Assembly (NCBI GenBank): GCA_028826165.1
Contig: JAPDFW010000059.1
Span: 248,001 to 312,000, forward strand
Source of the DNA: Anaeramoeba ignava BMAN
Taxonomy: Eukaryota > Protista > Anaeramoebae
Direction: 5' to 3'
DNA: 64,000 bases
Part shown: positions 37,802-50,500 of the stretch, piece by piece
Layout: the number at the start of each line of letters is the position of its first letter
Numbering within the stretch: the first letter of the stretch is position 1
Made by a program: the position numbers and the translations under genes
Notes under the pieces: generated by a model
Database searches by the model: none
Seen by the model: the letters and a program-made list of their open reading frames with translations, nothing else
Told to the model about the DNA's origin: nothing

Positions 37802-40800
37802 TTAATTATCATCAAACAAACTCTTATAATTTTTAATTTTGTTTTTAGAATCGGAAACTTTCTTTTTATTTTTCTTTTTTGAATCAGTTTGAGAATAATT
37901 TTTTGGATCAGAAACATAATTTTGACCAATCCTTTGAGTTCTATGCATAACCAAAAACCTTTCATAATCATAAAGCCAATCAATATAAAGAGGATCATTA
38001 AAAATAGAAACAAAATCCTGAAGACTAAGCCTTGGATTCTGATAAAAAAGCCCAGGAAACCTTTTGCCGTTTAAAAAAGACAAAAGAAAAGAAGAACAAG
38101 GATCTTTTTGTTTATCAAGTAAAGTATGATATATTTCATCAAGAATTCTTTGGCGAAGTCTTCGAATTTCATCAATTTTTTGGATTCCAATTTTTTTAAT
38201 AGAAAGTTGAGTCAAATTGTCAAAATTAATTAACGGTATTTTAAAATGTCTCACTAAATGATCCTCACATTTCAAACAAGTATGATGCTGTTCAAAATCT
38301 CCTTGTTGAACAATTTTACTTGGAATTATTGATGTTCTTGAACAGCATGTTGAGCAAAGAATTCTTCCACAATACATACAATGATCCGAACGAACTAACA
38401 ATGTAAATTTTGTTCCACATTCTTCACAACAATCTCCTTTGTGAAAATATGGCAAATCATGATTTAATAATTCTGAGTTTTGATCATAAATAAATGCTCC
38501 TTTTTTAAACAATATTTCATTTTCATCCTCAAAAAATTTCTCATCATCTTCATCTTGAATATAATTGAAATAAATTGCCCGCGGATAAGACCATGGCTTT
38601 GGATTGGCTACAAGTTTCTTGAAATGTATTGAATCTGTTGTGTTTTCATTTGATTCTTTTTTTTCTTTGTTTCTTTGCTTTTTTCTTTCATTCACCATTT
38701 TCATCCCAATTTTTTTCCGACTTGATTTATTCATATTTCCTACTAAAAGATGAAGAAGACCTTGTCCTGGAATTAAACTATTATTGTCTTCTTCAATATT
38801 TGTATCTGTTTTTGTTGTTGTTGTTGTTGAATATTCTTCAGAAGAATCAATCAAAGAAATTCCATTTTCTTTATCATTTTTATCAAAAATTTCCTTTTGT
38901 TTTTCTTTAAAATTTTCATTATTTTCATTTTCATTTTCATTTTCATTTTCTTGATTTTGTTTGGGAATTCTATTTGAATATGCTGATCTTTTTTCTAAAT
39001 TCTTCAATAATTTCTCATTCAAATGAACTTCTTTAAGAATAAACTTTGGAATTTGAAGTTCTTGTTCTTCACTCCATTTCTTCATATAAGGTGAATGCTG
39101 TAAAAAATCATCAATATTTACAAGTTGATTTCTTGAGCTAATACTTGCTTTTTTTTCATCAAAGTTTCCAATAAGAAATTTTGATTCTTCTTTATTTTTC
39201 CTTTTTTTCATTTGCTTTTTAAATAATTCGCTTTGCAATCCATATGTTTGTAAATGTGGGAGTTTCTTTTTTTGAGGCGATAGAGTTTGTGAAAATGTAT
39301 AAGTTTTTGATAATATTGTTTCTGGATTTTCTTCTGTTTGATTTTTCACTTCAATTAATGATTTTATAATAATTGCTTTTTTCTTATCATTTTCAACATC
39401 AATCATTAAAGTTGATTCTGTTTTTTTCTTTTTATGGCGAGATTCGTATTGAATTTTATTTTTTGAATTTGTTTGTTTTGATTCTGATGATTGATCTTTT
39501 CCAAATAAAGCTTAATTATTATAAATTATTTTATAAATTATTTTTTTGGATTGTTTTATAATTTATATATTTATTTTTTTTGGAATTTACTTGGATTGTA
39601 TTTTGTTGCAAGATGTTCAATTATATCATTTCCTTCTAATGATATTGCATCTTTCTCATTTTCAGTAAGAAGTATATGTTTTCTTTTTAAAAATATAAGA
39701 AACATCATAAAAAATATTCTTCGAAGTTTTTTATGTAAATTTTGTTGTTTAGGAGATGAAAACCAAAAATTAGGACGTAATAAATCTAATTTTAATTTTT
39801 TATCCGATTTTAATTTTTTATCCGATTTTATTTTAATTTTAATTTGAATTTTAATTTTAATTTTAATTTGAATTTTAATTTTAATTTTAATTTTAATTTT
39901 ACATGGAGAAAGTATACTCGATGCATGATCTAAAGAAAACCCATTAACAGATGAATTTAGTGATAATTTACATACACAAATACCAAGACATTCTAAAGCT
40001 CTTTGATTTGCTTTTGGTAATTGAGTAAAATAAAGTTCATAAACAGAATTTGTATCACACCAAACTCCAAAACAATATTTTTGAACAATTTTATATAAAT
40101 TATATCTTTCATCACGAAAATGAGGTCCATTAGGTGGATCAAATCCTGAAATAAACTTAGATATTATATCATTAGAACCTCCACAAATTTCAATTAAACG
40201 TTGAATCTTTTCATTTTGAAGTAAATTTGATTCACCTTTAATTTTAATTTTAATTTTAATTTTAATTTTAATTTTAATTTTAAATTTAATTTTAATTTTA
40301 AATTTTAAATTTTAATTTTAATTTTAATTTTAATTTTAATTTTAATTTTAATTTTAATTTTAATTTTAAATTTTAATTACATGTTCTCACATATTTGCTA
40401 ACAATATCCATGCAATCATTATAAACATAACCAGGAAATAATGGCTCTGGAAGTTCTTGAAGCCATTGTCTTAAAAGATGAAATGCAATAATTGGATCTT
40501 CTGGATCACAAAAATTTCCAAGATTCCATTGAAAAAAGAATTCTTGAAATCTTTTTTTAAATTTAAAAATTGATTTAAAAATTGATTTAAAAATTAATTT
40601 AAATTTAGAAATTGATTTATATTTAGAAATTGATTTATATTTAAAAATTGATTTAAATTTAAAAATTAATTTAAATTTAGAAATTGATTTAAATTTAGAA
40701 ATTGATTTAAATTTAAAAATTGATTTAAATTTAAAAATTAATTTAAATTTAAAAATTGATTTAAATTTAAAAATTGATTTAAATTTAAAAATTAATTTAA

Positions 40801-43231
40801 ATTTAGAAATTGATTTAAATTTAAAAATTGATTTAAATTTAAAAATTGATTTAAATTTAGAAATTGATTTAAATTTAAAAATTGATTTAAATTTAAAAAT
40901 TAATTTAAATTTAAAAATTGATTTAAATTTAAAAATTGATTTAAATTTAAAAATTAATTTAAATTTAGAAATTGATTTAAATTTAAAAATTGATTTAAAT
41001 TTAAAAATTGATTTAGAAATTGATTTAAATTTAGAAATTGATTTAAATTTAGAAATTGATTTAAATTTAAAAATTGATTTAGATTTAAAAATTGATTTAA
41101 ATTTAGAAATTGATTTAAATTTAAAAATTGATTTAGATTTAAAAATTAATTTAAATTTAAAAATTGATTTAAATTTAGAAATTGATTTAAATTTAAAAAT
41201 TGATTTAAATTTAAAAATTGATTTAAATTTAAAAATTGATTTAGAAATTGATTTATATTTAGAAATTGATTTAAATTTAAAAATTGATTTAGATTTAGAA
41301 ATTGATTTAAATTTAGAAATTGATTTAAATTTAAAAATTGATTTAAATTTAAAAATTGATTTAAAATTAGAAATTGATTTAAATTTAAAAATTGATTTAG
41401 ATTTAAAAATTAATTTAAATTTAAAAATTGATTTAAATTTAAAAATTGATTTAAATTTAAAAATTGATTTAAATTTAAAAATTGATTTAAATTTAAAAAT
41501 TGATTTAAATTTAAAAATTGATTTAAATTTAAAAATTAATTTAAATTTAAAAATTGATTTAAATTTAAAAATTGATTTAAATTTAAAAATTAATTTAAAT
41601 TTAGAAATTGATTTAAATTTAAAAATTGATTTAAATTTAAAAATTGATTTAGAAATTGATTTAAATTTAGAAATTGATTTAAATTTAGAAATTGATTTAA
41701 ATTTAAAAATTGATTTAGAAATTGATTTAAATTTAGAAATTGATTTAAATTTAGAAATTGATTTAAATTTAAAAATTGATTTAGATTTAAAAATTGATTT
41801 AAATTTAGAAATTGATTTAAATTTAAAAATTGATTTAGATTTAAAAATTGATTTAAATTTAAAAATTAATTTAAATTTAGAAATTGATTTAAATTTAAAA
41901 ATTGATTTAAATTTAAAAATTGATTTAGAAATTGATTTAAATTTAGAAATTGATTTAAATTTAAAAATTGATTTAAAATTAGAAATTGATTTAAATTTAA
42001 AAATTGATTTAAATTTAAAAATTGATTTAAATTTAGAAATTGATTTAAATTTAAAAATTGATTTAGATTTAAAAATTGATTTAAATTTAGAAATTGATTT
42101 AAATTTAAAAATTGATTTATATTTAGAAATTGATTTAAATTTAAAAATTGATTTAGAAATTGATTTAAATTTAGAAATTGATTTAAATTTAGAAATTGAT
42201 TTAGATTTAGAAATTGATTTAGATTTGGAAATTGATTTAGATTTAGAAATTGATTTAAATTTAAAAATTGATTTAGATTTAGAAATTGATTTAAATTTAA
42301 AAATTGATTTAGATTTAGAAATTGATTTAGATTTAGAAATTTATTTAAATTTAAAAATTAATTTAAATTTAAAAATTGATTTATATTTAGAAATTGATTT
42401 AGATTTAGAAATTGATTTAGATTTAGAAATTGATTTAGATTTAGAAATTGATTTATATTTAAAAATTGATTTAGATTTAGAAATTGATTTATATTTAAAA
42501 ATTGATTTATATTTAAAAATTGATTTAAATTTAGAAATTGATTTAAATTTAAAAATTGATTTATATTTAAAAATTGATTTATATTTAAAAATTGATTTAA
42601 ATTTAAAAATTGATTTAAATTTAAAAATTGATTTAAATTTAGAAATTGATTTAAATTTAAAAATTGATTTAAATTTAAAAATTGATTTAAATTTAGAAAT
42701 TGATTTAAATTTAAAAATTAATTTAAATTTAAAAATTGATTTAAATTTAGAAATTGATTTAAATTTAAAAATTGATTTAGATTTAAATTTAGAAATTGAT
42801 TTAGATTTAGAAATTGAATGTAATTTTAATTCCAACCTCGTTTCATTTCGACGTTCTTGTAATAAATTTCGTGAATCAATTCCTTTATCAGTTAAATATT
42901 GACATAAAATTGTTAAAACTTGAGGTACAAGAAAATCTCCAGAAAGTAATTCATTTATACTAGTTCCAAAATGTTTTTTAATTCTATGATGAGTTATTCT
43001 CTAATTTAAAAAGTAAAAAAATAAATTTTATTGTTGTTTTTATTTTTTAAAATTAAATATTTTTTTTTCCTTTTTTTTTACTGGTTGATTTTTTAAAGAA
43101 GTTAATTTAATTTTTGAAGAATTTAATGGAAAATCTTCTTTATCTTTTTTATTATTTTTCTAAAAATTTAAAATTTAAAATTAAAAATTAAAATTTAAAA
43201 TTATTTTGGTTTATCAAACCTCATTAGACAT
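37802..43231 (-). CDS. RhoGAP-like (degenerate) + Rubicon-homology zinc-binding domain protein; exons ~43231-43220, 43159-43082, 43000-42837, 40550-40381, 40235-39903, 39785-39591, 39510-37802
   Basis: Spliced RhoGAP motifs FGTSINEL, VPQVLTILCQYL, LLRQWLQELPEPLFP, QLPKANQRAL, SPYLLRP. C-terminal CEECG..CMYCGRILCSTCC..IIPSKIVQQGDF..C..C..PLINF..IRRLRQ resembles the DEF8/PLEKHM1/Rubicon RH domain. Confidence 0.75.
40560..42815. repeat. Intronic 18-mer array (AAAAATTGATTTAAATTT)n, ~2.25 kb
   Basis: Occupies almost the whole intron 42836-40551, inside the RhoGAP domain. Confidence 0.95.
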
Positions 43232-43239
43232 TTTTTAAA

Positions 43240-43295
43240 TGAAAGAAAAATGGAAAAAAATGAAAAATAAAAAATGAAAAAATAAAAATGAAAAA
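43240..43295 (-). promoter_or_regulatory. Initiator-like TCATTT array (example of a window-wide motif)
   Basis: Multiple TCATTT copies on the coding strand within the 80 bp between the F-box stop (43311) and the RhoGAP ATG (43231). The same arrays precede most genes. Confidence 0.6.
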
Positions 43296-43310
43296 AAATA
43301 TTGTTGAAAT

Positions 43311-44821
43311 TTAACCGCAAACTTCAAAAAGACAAAGCCAACAAAAATAAATCAAAAAACAAAGATAAAGTGGAATAAAAGCATAAGAAATATGATTAAA
43401 TCGAGAAACTTCAAGAAAAAGAAGAATGAAAATTTCAATAATTGAAAGAGGAATAGCAATAGCAATAGAAATAATGCTCATCACAACAACCAAAATTTCA
43501 TCACGAGCTCCATAACACAAACCAGAACAAATCCAAATGGGAAGCAAATCTAACAAAAAAAGTGGAACAAAAACAACTCCATAATTCCATTTAACTGTTT
43601 CATCCAAACGCAATCCAAGAAACAAAATAAAAATAATTAACATCAAAGGAATAATAATTCCGGTTGAAAGTTCCCATTCAAAATCGCGACAAGAAACACA
43701 AGAAAAGCCAACAAAAAAGGATACAAAAATAAGAAATAAAGGAATAAATACGATCAACCATGAGCATTTGATATACTCATCAGCTCGTAATCCAATCAAC
43801 AAGAATTGAACCAATAAAATCAAAAAAATCATTCCCAATCCAAAAATATATGATTCATTCATTCGAGCATAAAATACGAAATTATTGATTGCAAGAAACA
43901 AGAACGGAAGCAAAAAAGGAATCAAAATATAAACTACTTTTGAGTCTAATTTTCCTTCAACTTGAATATTCAATAACATAATAAAAACAAAAAATCCAAA
44001 ACTTAGAAAAACCAAATTGTAAACATTGAATCTAAAAAACCGCCGTTCATATTGATATCTATTTTCCCATTCTTTCCTTTTTTTTGCACTTTCTTTCCAC
44101 AATTTCTCTTTTTGTTTAAATCCTTTATAAAGACTATTTGAAAGTGAAATTAATTCTTTTTTTGGATCTTCTGAATCTTTAATAAGTTCAATTACTTTTG
44201 GTTGAAATTCTTCAATATCCAAAAAAGAATCACCATAATCATCATAAGTTCTTCTTCTTAGTCTTGAAAAATTAGATTTTGTTTTAGTTTTTTTTTTGGG
44301 TCTATTTGGTTGACCCCATCCAAAATTAGAATCATCTTCCGTTTCATTTTGTTCAAAATCTTGCTTAATAATTCCATAAATTTGGATCTCATTTTTGGTA
44401 TAAGCAACATTTGGTGAATCAACTTCAGTTTTTTCAATTAAAAAATAGGGAAGATGACTGGATGAAATTGCTCTCCAAGTGTGATTGTCTTGTGTTAATT
44501 CAGAAAGAGCTGTGCAAGTTGAAGCAAATCTAATAAAAGCACCTGGTGATAAAAATTGGCAAATATAAAGCAAAACTTTTTTTGTTTTCAAATTATATTT
44601 AAAAAACTAAATTATTATTTGCTTTTTGAAAATATTTGGTTTTATTTCTTAATTTTACCTTCAACTGGAAGCATATCACAAATTAAATTTTCTTCTTCTG
44701 GTGGAAATTTAAGTAAATCACCATAACCAGAGTATTCTCCATATTTTAAATGATCAAAATGATATTCATTAAATCTAACTGCTTGTCTTCCATAATAATT
44801 TGTAATTGAAAAATTTTCCAT
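43311..44821 (-). CDS. F-box + TMEM185/TMEM60-like multipass membrane protein; exons 44821-44659, 44575-43311
   Basis: Spliced F-box DMLPVEVLLYICQFLSPGAFIRFASTC..W. Repeated LR(A/L)D..W..VF(I/V)PLF transmembrane hairpins typical of the TMEM185 family. Confidence 0.8.
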
Positions 44822-44972
44822 TTTAATGAAAAAAAAATAAAAGAAAAAAAATGAAAAATTTAATTAATTTTTTTTTTAATTTTTAAAAAAAGCAAAAAAA
44901 AAAAGCAAAAAAAAGTGGAACAAAAATTCGAATTTCCTTAATTAAAGAAAAAGAAAAAGAAAAAGAAACAAA

Positions 44973-45896
44973 TTATTTTTTATCTTCTTTTAAAAATTCC
45001 AATTCATCTCTTTTTGGACAAAAAGAAACTGAACCTTTTCTTTTAACTGCTTCTGTAGCAACCAAAGTAGCGAATTCGATAGCCTTTTCAATATCCATAC
45101 CCTCTGCAATAAAAGCAGCCAAAGATCCAACAAAAGCATCACCACAACCTGATTTATCTATGACATTTACTTGAGGAGCAGGAAAAACTTTTGAGAACTT
45201 TTCTGTTCGATAAAGGGAACCTTTTCCGCCCATTGTAATAACAACATGAGGAACACCTTTTTTAAGGAAGTCCTTACCCGCAGCAGAAGTGTCTTTACTA
45301 GTCTCGATTTGCCTGTGTATAATGTTCTCAGCTTCTGCCGTATTAGGACAAAGTAGATCCGTTAATTTGAAAATTTGATCTGGCAAATCTCTTAAACCTG
45401 GAGTTGGATTAAGAATTGTAAAAGCGCCATGTTTTTTCCCTAATTCTAAGGCTTTCAAAGCTACATCAACAGAGATCTCGAGTTGACAAAGAACAACCTT
45501 CGCATCTTTGAAGACTTCCTCGTATTCCTCAATGTCTTTACTTGTTAAATCTTTCGTCACTCCAGCGTGTATAACTGTGTAACTATTCCCATCTTTATCA
45601 ATATCTACAAAAGATATCCCCGTTTTTTTATTTGGAATTGTTCGCACATGATCTGTTGGTACTGAGTAAGCTACTAAGTTCTGGATTACTTGTTTCCCAA
45701 AATCATCATCTCCTACTGTTGAAATTAGTGATGTTTTTGCTCCCATTTTTTGAGCTATAATTGCTTGATTTGCTCCTTTTCCTCCAAATCCTATCTCAAG
45801 TGAATCCCCTGAAATTGTTTCTCCTGATTTAGGAAATCTTGATACATATGAATACATTTCATATGTTGCTACTCCTACTATAACAATTTTTGACAT
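44973..45896 (-). CDS. Ribokinase-like PfkB sugar kinase, intronless
   Basis: GGKGANQA, VGDDDFG, QLE, NPTP, NxxE (NTAEAE), VVITMGGKG, DKSGCGDAFVG. Confidence 0.92.
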   Translation of the reverse strand: MSKIVIVGVATYEMYSYVSRFPKSGETISGDSLEIGFGGKGANQAIIAQKMGAKTSLISTVGDDDFGKQVIQNLVAYSVPTDHVRTIPNKKTGISFVDIDKDGNSYTVIHAGVTKDLTSKDIEEYEEVFKDAKVVLCQLEISVDVALKALELGKKHGAFTILNPTPGLRDLPDQIFKLTDLLCPNTAEAENIIHRQIETSKDTSAAGKDFLKKGVPHVVITMGGKGSLYRTEKFSKVFPAPQVNVIDKSGCGDAFVGSLAAFIAEGMDIEKAIEFATLVATEAVKRKGSVSFCPKRDELEFLKEDKK

Positions 45897-45979
45897 TTTG
45901 TGTAAAAAAAAATGATTTTTCTTTTTTTTATTTTAAAGAAAAAAAAATTCAAATTAATAAAATACAACAATATTGCATA

Positions 45980-47413
45980 GAATTAATTTATAAAATATAT
46001 TTTAAAATAATTCTAAATTTTAAATAATTTAAATTTAATAAAATTAATTATAATTAACTTAATAATTTCATTTTATTATTTATTAATTAATTAATAATAA
46101 AAATAATTAATAAAATATATAAATAATATATAGAATTAATTTATAAAATATATTTTAAAATAATTCTAAATTTTAAATAATTTAAATTTAATAAAATTAA
46201 TTATAATTAAATTAATAATTTCATTTTATTATTTATTAATTAATTAATAATAAAAATAATTAATAAAATATATAAATAATATATAGAATTAATTTATAAA
46301 ATATATTTTGAAATAATTCTAAAATTTAAATAATTTAAATTTAATAAAATTAATTATAATTAACTTAATAATTTTATTTTATTATTTATTAATTAATTAA
46401 TAATAAAAATAATTAATAAAATATATAAATATTATTTAGAATTAATTTATAAAATATATTTTGAAATAATTCTAAAATTTAAATAATTTAAATTTAATAA
46501 AATTAATTATAATTAACTTAATAAATTCATTTTAATATTTATTAATATATTAATAATAAAAATAATTAATAAAATATATAAATATTATTTAGAATTAATT
46601 TATAAAATATATTTTGAAATAATTCTAAAATTTAAATAATTTAAATTTAATAAAATTAATTATAATTAACTTGATAATTTCATTTTTATTATTTATTAAT
46701 TAATTAATAATAAAAATAATTAATAAAATATATAAATATTATTTAAAATTAATTTATAAAATATATTTTAAAATAATTCTAAAATTTAAATAATTTAAAT
46801 TTAATAAAATTAATTATAATTAACTTAATAATTTTATTTTTATTATTTATTAATTAATTAATAATAAAAATAATTAATAAAATATATAAATATTATATAG
46901 AATTAATTTATAAAATATATTTTAAAATAATTCTAAAATTTAAATAATTTAAATTTAATAAAATTATTTATAATTAATTTAATAATTTCATTTTAATTAT
47001 TTATTAATTAATTAATAATAAAAATAATTAATAAAATATATAAATATTATTTAGAATTAATTTATAAAATATATTTTGAAATAATTCTAAAATTTAAATA
47101 ATTTAAATTTAATAAAATTAATTATAATTAACTTAATAATTTTATTTTATTATTTATTAATTAATTAATAATAAAAATAATTAATAAAATATATAAATAT
47201 TATTTAGAATTAATTTATAAAATATATTTTGAAATAATTCTAAAATTTAAATAATTTAAATTTAATAAAATTAATTATAATTAACTTGATAATTTCATTT
47301 TATTATTTATTAATTAATTAATAATAAAAATAATTAATAAAATATATAAATATTATTTAGAATTAATTTATAAAATATATTTTGAAATAATTCTAAAATT
47401 TAAATAATTTAAA
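45980..47413. repeat. 153-bp near-pure-AT tandem satellite, ~9.4 copies
   Basis: Anchor GAATTAATTTATAAAATATATTTT at 45980, 46133, 46286 and onward (period 153). Confidence 0.93.
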
Positions 47414-47539
47414 TCGGAAAAATTTTTTGAAATTTAAATTTTCATTTTTTTATTTGTTCAAAAACTAAAATTTCTTTTTTTTTTCTTTTTTCATAAATTT
47501 TAAACATAAAAATAAACATAAAAAAATAAATAAACTATT

Positions 47540-50500
47540 ATGAAATCAGTAATAAAGACTGCAATAGTAGATTTTCTTTCTCCATTTTTACGAAGTATTA
47601 TTTCAAAACTGAAAAAAAAATTTAAAATTAAAAAAATTACAAATTTAATTTGTTTTTCTTTTTGTTTAAAAAAAATCAAATTTTTTCAATTAAATTAAAG
47701 ACTTCAGCAAAAAGGATCTTGATTTAAATTTCTTTTCTGGAACTTCTGAAATTAGAAATCTTGAAATTAATCCTAATTTCATTCGTAAAATAATGCCAAT
47801 TCCTCAATTAGAAATTGAAAGAGGTTTTGTTAGTAAAATTAATTTAGAAGTAAATTATTTATTAATTTAAATTTTGGAAAAAAAAATATCAGAAAATATA
47901 AATCAATCAAAAAAAATTTTTCTTCTTTTTTATTTTCCAAATTTAATTCTTTAATAAAAATCAAAAAGGTTCCTTATACTCATATTGGAACAAAATCAAC
48001 TATAATTTTAATTGAAAATGTTGAAATTGTTTTAGTTGAAAAAGATTTATCACAAAATAATTTAGATCAATTAAATGAAAAGTATATAAATTTTTTAATA
48101 ATTTTTTGGAAAGTAAAATTTTATTTAATGTTAAATTGCTTTTTTTTTTCTTTTGTTTTGGAATTTAAAATTTACCATTTTCCAAATTTTTACAAGGAAT
48201 TCAAATAAAAATGATGGAAATGAAATTAATTTAACTGAAAATAATGATAATTCAAAATCAAATCAAAAATCAAATCAAAAATTAAATCAAAAATCAAATC
48301 AAAAATCAAATCAAAAATTAGAAAAAGAATCAAATCAAAAATCAAATCAAAAATTAGAAAAAAAATCAAATCAAAAATTAGATCAAAAATCAAATCAAAA
48401 ATCAAATCAAAAATCAAATCAAAAATCAAATCAAAAATTAAATCAAGAATCAAATCAAAAATCAAATCAAAAATCAAATCAAAAATCAAATCAAAAATTA
48501 GAAAAAGAATCAAATCAAAAATTAAATCAAAAATCAAATCAAAAATTAGATCAAAAATCAAATCAAAAATCAAATCAAAAATCAAATCAAAATTCAAATC
48601 AAAAATCAAATCAAAAATCAAATCAAAATTCAAATCAAAAATCAAATCAAAATAAAGAAAAAGAATCAAATCAAAAATCAAATCAAAAATCAAATCAAAA
48701 ATTAGAAAAAGAATCAAATCAAAAATCAAATCAAAAATCAAATCAAAAATTAAATCAAAAATCAAATCAAAAATTAGAAAAAGAATCAAATCAAAATAAA
48801 GAAAATCAAAATAAAGAAAATAAAAAAAATGATAAAAAGAAACAAAAAGCACGTGATTATCCTTTAAAAGAAAGGATCGCTGATGGTGTTTGTATAGGAA
48901 TTCAAAATATTACAATATTTATATCATTATTAGGAACAATAAAAGGGAAAAAAATTGGAAATTGGAAACCACCTAAAATTTGTGTTAAAATGAAAAATCT
49001 ACAACTAATTTTAACAGATGAAAACTTTAATAAAGCTGAATTAAAAACAATAACAAACAAAAATCGGAATAAAAAAGAATTTTATATTTATAGAAAAGGA
49101 TCAATTTCATCCATTTCAATTTCATTTATATCCCAAGAACAATCAAAAATTTAGATGATTTCACTGAAATAAATGAAGAATTTTTAATTAAAGATTTGCC
49201 AGTTGATTTGAAGGTTTAAAATCAATTCCAAAAAAAAAAAATTTTTTTTTCCTTTATTTGATTTTAACTTTAGATTTATTTTTGTTAAAAAACAAAAACA
49301 AAAAAGATGATTTTACACAAAGATTTATTTTTTGGAGGAACACAACTTGATGTTAATATTCCATATATTGGAATCAAAGCAAATCCTCAATTAGTCGCAA
49401 ATTTCCTCAGTTTATTAAATGCAACATCTTTTTTTCTGTATAGAGATGAAATTCCAACTCCTCATAAACCTAATTTATCACCAGGTTTTAGAAAAGAAAG
49501 TATTCATCATCATTTTCTATTCAATTTAATGATTGATGCAATAAACGTACAATTTGTTCCAAACCCCAAAACTAATCAAGAAGATGTTGAATCAGAAGCC
49601 AAAAATATCCAGCAGCTATTTGATCTTGGATTTGTTTGTTTTCTTCAAGATCTTCATATTTCTTTTGTGATGCCTTCTTTTACACCCAATTATCAAATTT
49701 GGAATCAATTTAGTATTGGTGTTTGTGAAATTATCCATAGAGGCACAGGAATGGTCTTGTTTGAATCTGATAAGTTTTATTCGTTGGGAAATTCTCAAAG
49801 TTTCTTTTCTCAAAAATCCAAAAAAGTGTTTTTATCCGAATCAATTTTTCCAAAGAATCCAAAAATATTTCAAAAAGAACCAAATGAAGATCAGTTTCTA
49901 GATCATTTTGAAACAGAAAAGGCTGAGAACTCATTGATATCTCTTTCATATAGCAATAATTATCCTCAACCCCATAAAAAGAAATATGATGTTGATTTCA
50001 ATTTGTTTATAAAACCTTGTTCAATTTCTGTTGATCTTGTTCATTTATGTTTGATTCTTGAGTTTTTGGATCAAATTTTATCATATATTCCAAAAAGCGC
50101 ACAACAACAATTTCTTGGGAAAAAAGAAGAAAAAGGAAAAGAAGAAGAAGAAAAAAAAGAAGGAAATGAAGAAATTAATTGGTCGGAATTCAAAAATGAA
50201 CTTTCAAAATTTTATATTGAAGCTCCAAGTATATCTTTAAATTATACATCTTATTTTCAAGGAGAAACACCTTCAATCAAATTATCTTTGTATGGAGTTG
50301 TTATAGGAATTGATGATTATCGAAAAAAAGTGGATAATATTGAAAAAATAATTCCTAAATTTTCCAAAATGGAGTTTTCAAATTTGGAAACATTTATTTT
50401 TTATTCAAAAATATCTCGACTTTATCTTCAATTTCCATTGAATAATGAAGTGAAAATAGCAAGAAATTATGGAGAAAATGATGCTAATATTGTTGTATAC

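Noticed and set aside
4234-45896. Inteins/Hint domains in Dna2, the kinases or the GTPase
   Set aside because: No C/S-start..HN-C/S/T splice motifs or LAGLIDADG inserts interrupt conserved motifs.
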